NCBI GenBank assembly: GCA_020693225.1
Contig: JAIMJL010000003.1
Location: forward strand, 1-62,373
Length of the DNA stretch: 62,373 nucleotides
Direction: 5' to 3'
Origin: Sandarakinorhabdus sp.
Lineage (GTDB): Bacteria; Pseudomonadota; Alphaproteobacteria; Sphingomonadales; Sphingomonadaceae
Position 1 is the first letter of the stretch; each line of letters opens with the position of its first letter. The notes under the pieces are model-generated. The model saw nothing but the letters and a program-made list of their open reading frames with translations. It ran no database searches and had not been told where the DNA came from. Below, piece after piece: positions 57,549-62,373 of this stretch. The translations under genes were made by a program, and so were the position numbers.

Positions 57549-58184
57549 TCAGTGCGTGAAGGGCAGTAGCGGCACCACATCGCGGCCACCGCCGATGATC
57601 ATATCGAGCGCGACATAAAGGATGAGCAGCAGACCGATCCAGCCGATCCAATGGTAGCGTTCGATCAGCCGCGCCACATAATTGGCAGCAACGCCCATCA
57701 ACGCCACCGAAAGAATCAGACCTACAACCATGATTTCCACATGGTCTTTGGAGGCACCGGCAACCGCCAGAACATTGTCCAGGCTCATGGAAAGGTCAGC
57801 CAATGCGACGGCCCACGCTGCACCCCAGAAGGATTTGGCAGCAGGCGGTGCATCGTGCAACACGGTGCCATCGTCCAGCATCACCTGGGTGTCGGGCTGC
57901 AGCTCCCGATACATTTTCCAGCACACCCACAGCAGCAGCAGGCCACCGGCCAGTCGGATGCCCACGATATCCAGCAACTGGGTAACAACCAGCGCAAAGG
58001 CGATACGCATCACCAGCGCGGCAACCATGCCGAGTGCAATCACCTTGCGACGTTCGGCTGGCGGAAGACCGGCTGCCAACGCGCCGATAACGATGGCGTT
58101 GTCCCCGGCCAGCACCAGATCGATCATCACCACGGTCCCCAGCGCCTGCCAGGCTCCGGGCTCAGTCATAAAGGAAAAGTCCAT
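57549..58184 (-). CDS. TerC/YjbE family integral membrane protein
   Basis: IDLVLAGDNAIVI, ADLSMSLDNVLAVAG. Confidence 0.93.
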   Translation of the reverse strand: MDFSFMTEPGAWQALGTVVMIDLVLAGDNAIVIGALAAGLPPAERRKVIALGMVAALVMRIAFALVVTQLLDIVGIRLAGGLLLLWVCWKMYRELQPDTQVMLDDGTVLHDAPPAAKSFWGAAWAVALADLSMSLDNVLAVAGASKDHVEIMVVGLILSVALMGVAANYVARLIERYHWIGWIGLLLILYVALDMIIGGGRDVVPLLPFTH

Positions 58185-58264
58185 GATCAGCCCCTAGCGG
58201 CTCACCAGCCGGCTTCCAAGGGAATTGGCTATTTCGGCACAGGGATTTATCGGGAATTCCAGCA

Positions 58265-58351
58265 TGGTGCGGACGGCGGGACTTGAACCCGCACTCTGAT
58301 ACCAGAAGCGGATTTTAAGTCCGCTGCGTCTACCGGTTCCGCCACGTCCAC
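58265..58351 (-). tRNA. tRNA-Leu (anticodon TAA)
   Basis: GTGGACGTGGCGGAACCGGTAGACGCAGCGGACTTAAAATCCGC...GCGGGTTCAAGTCCCGCCGTCCGCACCA; long variable arm, encoded CCA. Confidence 0.96.
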
Positions 58352-58385
58352 AAAGACTGGCCACAAAGACTGGCCACAAAGACTG
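58348..58385. repeat. 13-bp tandem repeat x3 overlapping the tRNA 5' end
   Basis: CCACAAAGACTGG CCACAAAGACTGG CCACAAAGACTG. Confidence 0.9.
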
Positions 58386-58409
58386 TCAGGGAAGGTCGCT
58401 ACCTGCGGG

Positions 58410-58691
58410 CTAGTCCATGTTCAGCCGTTCACGCAGTTCCTTGCCCGGCTTGAAGTGCGGCACGCGCTTGGCATCCACCATGACCGATTCGCCGGTACGG
58501 GGATTGCGCCCGGTGCGGGCGCTGCGGCTGCGGGTTGAAAAGGCACCGAAGCCGCGAAGCTCCACGCGTCCACCTTCGGCGAGGCGGTTCGTGATGGCAT
58601 CAAGGATGGTCGCCACGATGCGCTCGGCATCGCGTTGCCCAAGATGCGGGTTGGCGTCTGCCACTTTCTGCACAAGTTCCGACCGGATCAT
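58410..58691 (-). CDS. ihfB: integration host factor subunit beta
   Basis: [41 protein letters not shown]; downstream of rpsA. Confidence 0.95.
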   Translation of the reverse strand: MIRSELVQKVADANPHLGQRDAERIVATILDAITNRLAEGGRVELRGFGAFSTRSRSARTGRNPRTGESVMVDAKRVPHFKPGKELRERLNMD

Positions 58692-58736
58692 CCCAAGTCC
58701 CCCAAAGCCTGTTTCTGCCATACACCCCTTGGGCAC

Positions 58737-58766
58737 AATATGGCCCTGTGGCCAAGCTGCGGTCAA
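58737..58766 (-). promoter_or_regulatory. candidate sigma70 promoter for ihfB
   Basis: TTGACC-N18-CATATT on the minus strand. Confidence 0.4.
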
Positions 58767-58783
58767 GCCCTTCACGGCAAAGG

Positions 58784-58818
58784 AAAAGGGGGCGCGACAC
58801 CTTCCGTGCCACACCCCC
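58784..58818 (-). terminator. rho-independent terminator after rpsA
   Basis: GGGGGTGTGGCAC-GGAAG-GTGTCGCGCCCCC-TTTT on the minus strand. Confidence 0.7.
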
Positions 58819-58842
58819 CGTTTCTTGCGTCAATGGCAGCGC

Positions 58843-60573
58843 TCAGCTGTCTTTTGAGGCCTTGTTCAGCGCGGCGCCAAGGATGTCGCCCAGCGAAGCG
58901 CCGGAATCCGAGGAACCATATTGCGCGACCTGCTGCTTTTCTTCGGCGATCTGCATCGCCTTGATGGACAGCATCGGCTTCTTGCCGCGTTCGAAACCGA
59001 TCACCATCGCATCGACCTTCTGGCCGATCTGGAACCGCTCCGGACGCTGATCGTCGCGATCCCGGCTGAGATCGCCGCGCTTGATAAAGGCCGTGGCCCC
59101 TTCTTCGCCGATCTGGACTTCCAGGCCGCCGTCACGCGATTCGCGAACGATGCACGTCACGATCTCGTTCTTGCGGAAATCGAAGCCGCCCGTGGTCGGG
59201 GCCGGCTTGTCGTTGGCGGTCGCCGTTGTCGTGCCTTCGCCGGAGACCTGCTTGATGCCGAGCGAGATGCGCTCGCGCTCCACGTCGACTTCCAGCACCT
59301 GCGCGCGAACGGCTTCGCCCTTGTGGTGCTGTTGCAGCGCGGCTTCGCCAGTCACGCCCCAGGCGATGTCCGACATGTGAACCATGCCGTCCACTTCGCC
59401 GGCCAGGCCGATGAACAGGCCGAACTCGGTGGCGTTCTTGACTTCGCCTTCGACGATGCTGCCAACGGGATGCTCTTCGGCAAACACTTCCCAGGGGTTG
59501 CGCTGGGCCTGCTTCAGACCAAGCGAAATCCGCCGCTTTTCACCATCAACTTCAAGGATGATGACTTCGACTTCCTGAGAGGTGGAAACGATCTTGCCCG
59601 GATGCACATTTTTCTTCACCCACGACATTTCGGACACGTGCACAAGGCCTTCGATCCCCGGCTCCAGCTCGATGAAAGCGCCATATTCGGTGATATTGGT
59701 CACCCGGCCCTTCATCTTGGCGTCGACCGGATATTTGGCCTCCGCGCCTTCCCACGGATCGATTTCCAGCTGCTTCATGCCCAGCGAGATGCGCTGCGTT
59801 TCGCGGTTGATGCGGACGATCTGCACCTTCACGGTGTCACCGATGGCGATCACTTCGCTCGGGTGGCCAACGCGCTTGTAGCTCATGTCGGTCACATGCA
59901 GCAGGCCATCGATACCGCCGAGATCGACGAACGCGCCATAGTCGGTGATGTTCTTGACGATGCCGTCGATCACCTGACCTTCGGCGAGGCTCTGGATCAG
60001 GCCGGTGCGGGCCTCGGCGCGGGTTTCTTCCAGAATGGAACGGCGCGAAACCACGATGTTGCCGCGCTTCCGGTCCATCTTAAGCAGCTGGAACGGTTGC
60101 GCGAGGCCCATCAGTGGGCCGACATCGCGCACCGGGCGGATATCCACCTGGCTGCCGGGCAGGAAGGCGACCGCGCCGCCAAGATCAACTGTGAATCCGC
60201 CCTTGACGCGGCCGAAGATGGTGCCTTCCACGCGCTCGCCGGCGTTGAACTGGGTTTCCAGCTTGTCCCAGGCGGCTTCGCGGCGGGCGCGATCGCGGGA
60301 CAGCATGGCTTCGCCAAAGGCATTTTCCACCCGGTCGACATAGACTTCGACATCATCGCCAACGGCGACTTGCGGCGGCTGACCGGGGGGCGTGAATTCG
60401 CGAAGCGGGATACGGCCTTCAGACTTGAGGCCAACGTCGATGACAACGAGATCATTTTCGATCGCCGTCACTCTGCCCGTGACAACCCGACCTTCGAAGC
60501 TCTGGTTTTCACCGAGCGATTGGTCGAGCATGGCCGCGAAATCATCGCGGGTGGGCATTGCAGTGGACGCCAT
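58843..60573 (-). CDS. rpsA: 30S ribosomal protein S1
   Basis: DVGLKSEG, AFLPGSQVD, KNITDYGAFVDLGGIDGLLH; repeated S1 domains. Confidence 0.98.
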   Translation of the reverse strand: MASTAMPTRDDFAAMLDQSLGENQSFEGRVVTGRVTAIENDLVVIDVGLKSEGRIPLREFTPPGQPPQVAVGDDVEVYVDRVENAFGEAMLSRDRARREAAWDKLETQFNAGERVEGTIFGRVKGGFTVDLGGAVAFLPGSQVDIRPVRDVGPLMGLAQPFQLLKMDRKRGNIVVSRRSILEETRAEARTGLIQSLAEGQVIDGIVKNITDYGAFVDLGGIDGLLHVTDMSYKRVGHPSEVIAIGDTVKVQIVRINRETQRISLGMKQLEIDPWEGAEAKYPVDAKMKGRVTNITEYGAFIELEPGIEGLVHVSEMSWVKKNVHPGKIVSTSQEVEVIILEVDGEKRRISLGLKQAQRNPWEVFAEEHPVGSIVEGEVKNATEFGLFIGLAGEVDGMVHMSDIAWGVTGEAALQQHHKGEAVRAQVLEVDVERERISLGIKQVSGEGTTTATANDKPAPTTGGFDFRKNEIVTCIVRESRDGGLEVQIGEEGATAFIKRGDLSRDRDDQRPERFQIGQKVDAMVIGFERGKKPMLSIKAMQIAEEKQQVAQYGSSDSGASLGDILGAALNKASKDS

Positions 60574-60726
60574 GGAGTTCCTTACATATTCAATTGCAGG
60601 CCAGCCGGTTGTCTCCGACGGTCTTGCGGGGGTTGCAAAAATCGCCCGGCGTGTCGCTTGGTGAGCGGCAAACAAACCGGGCAATGCAAAAGGCGCGCGG
60701 ACGGGGCAATTCCCGCCAACGCGGCC

Positions 60727-61365
60727 TCAAAAGGTCCGGTTCATCCGCCGGGACACCAGGTCCACGGCACGCTGAACGGCCGTCCCTATATCCAATTCGC
60801 TGGTATCCAGCAAGTCGGCGTCGTCGGCCTGCCGCAGCGGCGCTTCCAGCCGCCCACTGTCGCGGGCGTCACGCGCCAGGATGTCGCCCAAAATCCCAGC
60901 TTCGGTCACGCTATGGCCGGCATCTATCAGCTCAAGAAAGCGGCGATGGGCGCGAATGTGCGGGTCGGCGGTGACAAACAGCTTGGCGCGGGCATCCGGG
61001 GCAATCACCGTTCCGATGTCGCGCCCGTCCAGCACCGCTCCGCCGGGCTGGCCGGCGAAAGCCCTCTGAAAATCCAGCAGCGCCTCGCGCACCGCATGCA
61101 GGGCTGACACCCGGGAAGCCGCCGAAGCGGTCGCCGCGTCCCGCAAGGCGGGGTCAGCCAGCAGCGCCGGATCTAGTGAAGCCGCAAGCGCACCCAGCCC
61201 CGCCTCATCGTCCAGCGAAACAGCGCCGCGCAAGGCGGCAAGGGCAACGCCCCGATACAGCGCGCCGGTATCCAGATGCGGAACGCTGAAATGCCGCGCT
61301 AGCGCCTTGGCAATGGTTCCCTTTCCCGACGCCGCCGGGCCATCGACCGCAATGATCAAGCCCAT
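60727..61365 (-). CDS. cmk: cytidylate kinase
   Basis: IAVDGPAASGKGT, LDTGALYR, LDGRDIGTVIAP. Confidence 0.97.
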   Translation of the reverse strand: MGLIIAVDGPAASGKGTIAKALARHFSVPHLDTGALYRGVALAALRGAVSLDDEAGLGALAASLDPALLADPALRDAATASAASRVSALHAVREALLDFQRAFAGQPGGAVLDGRDIGTVIAPDARAKLFVTADPHIRAHRRFLELIDAGHSVTEAGILGDILARDARDSGRLEAPLRQADDADLLDTSELDIGTAVQRAVDLVSRRMNRTF

Positions 61366-61844
61366 CAGAGCAGCTTCATGATCTTTGCGGTCAGGTCTTC
61401 CGGCTTCACTGTGGGGGCGAAGCGTTCCACCGGCACGCCTGCGCGGTTCACGAGGAACTTCGTGAAATTCCACTTGATGGCCCTGGATCCCAGCAACCCC
61501 GGCGCTTCGGTCTTCAACTGTTCATAAAGCGGATGCGCATTGTCGCCGTTCACTTCCACCTTGGCGAACATCGGGAAGCTGACCGGATAGGTGAGCGAGC
61601 AGAAGTTGGCGATTTCCTCGGCGTTGCCCGGTTCCTGCTTGCCGAACTGGTTGCATGGGAAGCCAAGGATCGAAAAACCCCGGTCGTGGAAGCGGTCATA
61701 CAGCGCCTGCAGACTAGTATATTGCGGGGTGAAGCCGCACTTTGATGCGGTGTTGACGATCAGCAGCACCTGCCCGCGATAGGCTTCCAGGCTGACGTCG
61801 CGGCCATCGAGGGATTGCGCCCGATGCCCATAGATATCCGACAT
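61365..61844 (-). CDS. glutathione peroxidase family protein
   Basis: VNTASKCGFTPQY, GFPCNQF, IKWNFTKFL. Confidence 0.95.
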   Translation of the reverse strand: MSDIYGHRAQSLDGRDVSLEAYRGQVLLIVNTASKCGFTPQYTSLQALYDRFHDRGFSILGFPCNQFGKQEPGNAEEIANFCSLTYPVSFPMFAKVEVNGDNAHPLYEQLKTEAPGLLGSRAIKWNFTKFLVNRAGVPVERFAPTVKPEDLTAKIMKLL

Positions 61845-61898
61845 GCTGCTCACTCCGTTTGGCTACGCCTTTTCGGATAGATGGCCGCTTGGCGCGCA

Positions 61899-61933
61899 AA
61901 AGAAAAGGCCCGGCGGTTTCCCGCCGGGCCTTT
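61899..61933 (-). terminator. rho-independent terminator after the YccA-family gene
   Basis: AAAGGCCCGGCGG-GAAA-CCGCCGGGCCTTTT on the minus strand followed by further T. Confidence 0.8.
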
Positions 61934-61951
61934 CGCTTGCATCCCGCAAAC

Positions 61952-62373
61952 CTACTCGCGCTGGCCGAGGAAGCTGAGCAGGAAGGTGAACAGGTTGATG
62001 AAATCGAGGTACAGTGTCAGCGCCCCCATGATTGCCGCCTTGCCGGCCATGTCGGTGCCCGCAACATAATCATAGGTCTGCTTGATCTTCTGCGTGTCAT
62101 AGGCGGTGAGGCCCGCGAAGATCAGCACGCCGGCGATCGAGATCACAAGCGCAAGCGTTCCCGATTGCATAAACATGTTGAGCACCATAGCCACCAGGAT
62201 GCCGATCAGGCCCATGATGAGGAAGGTGCCGAGGCCCGAAAGATCCTTCTTCGTGGTGTAGCCATAAAGGCTCAGCCCACCGAAGGCGGCCGCCGTTGCG
62301 AAGAAAGTCGTGGCAATCGATGTGCCGGTGTAGCGCAGGAAGATGGTGGACATGGACATGCCCATCACCACCG
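61952..62373 (-). CDS. Bax inhibitor-1/YccA family membrane protein (5' truncated by window edge)
   Basis: YGYTTKKDLS, GLTAYDTQKIK, GALTLYLDFINLF. Confidence 0.95.
   Translation of the reverse strand, partial: VVMGMSMSTIFLRYTGTSIATTFFATAAAFGGLSLYGYTTKKDLSGLGTFLIMGLIGILVAMVLNMFMQSGTLALVISIAGVLIFAGLTAYDTQKIKQTYDYVAGTDMAGKAAIMGALTLYLDFINLFTFLLSFLGQRE

Noticed and set aside
58185-58265. Integrative element at the tRNA-Leu 3' end
   Set aside because: No integrase and no duplicated tRNA 3' end seen in the window.
58921-61107. 728-aa plus-strand ORF
   Set aside because: Antisense shadow of rpsA and cmk.

Overview
A GC-rich alphaproteobacterial chromosome segment. PEPxxWA-CTERM genes, ccrM, TonB-dependent receptors and the gene order suggest Sphingomonadales (inference). 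It is mostly core genes: rpsU, fdxA-Hsp15-helicase, the aa3 cytochrome c oxidase cluster with thrC, ilvD, glmM-thiD-rnhB-ccrM, katG, ychF-pth-rplY, glyQS-ppdK, smc, the Fo ATP synthase operon, tRNA-Leu(TAA) and ihfB-rpsA-cmk. I found no CRISPR array, IS, integrase or prophage. The most unusual signal is inside glyS: the C-terminal anticodon-binding region contains an in-frame 34-residue match to the AAA+ ATPase pore-loop to Walker B segment ([10 protein letters not shown]-x14[10 protein letters not shown]), next to a divergent patch with atypical codons. This suggests foreign protein fragments grafted into a housekeeping gene. Other points of interest are the ccrM upstream region (7 GANTC sites in 142 bp, a perfect DnaA box, tandem NrdR-like boxes and no CtrA box), a PEP-CTERM gene broken by an in-frame TAA, three short triple tandem repeats (one overlapping the tRNA 5' end), and candidate Zur, Fur and OxyR operators. 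All assignments come from motif recognition by eye; no database searches were run.
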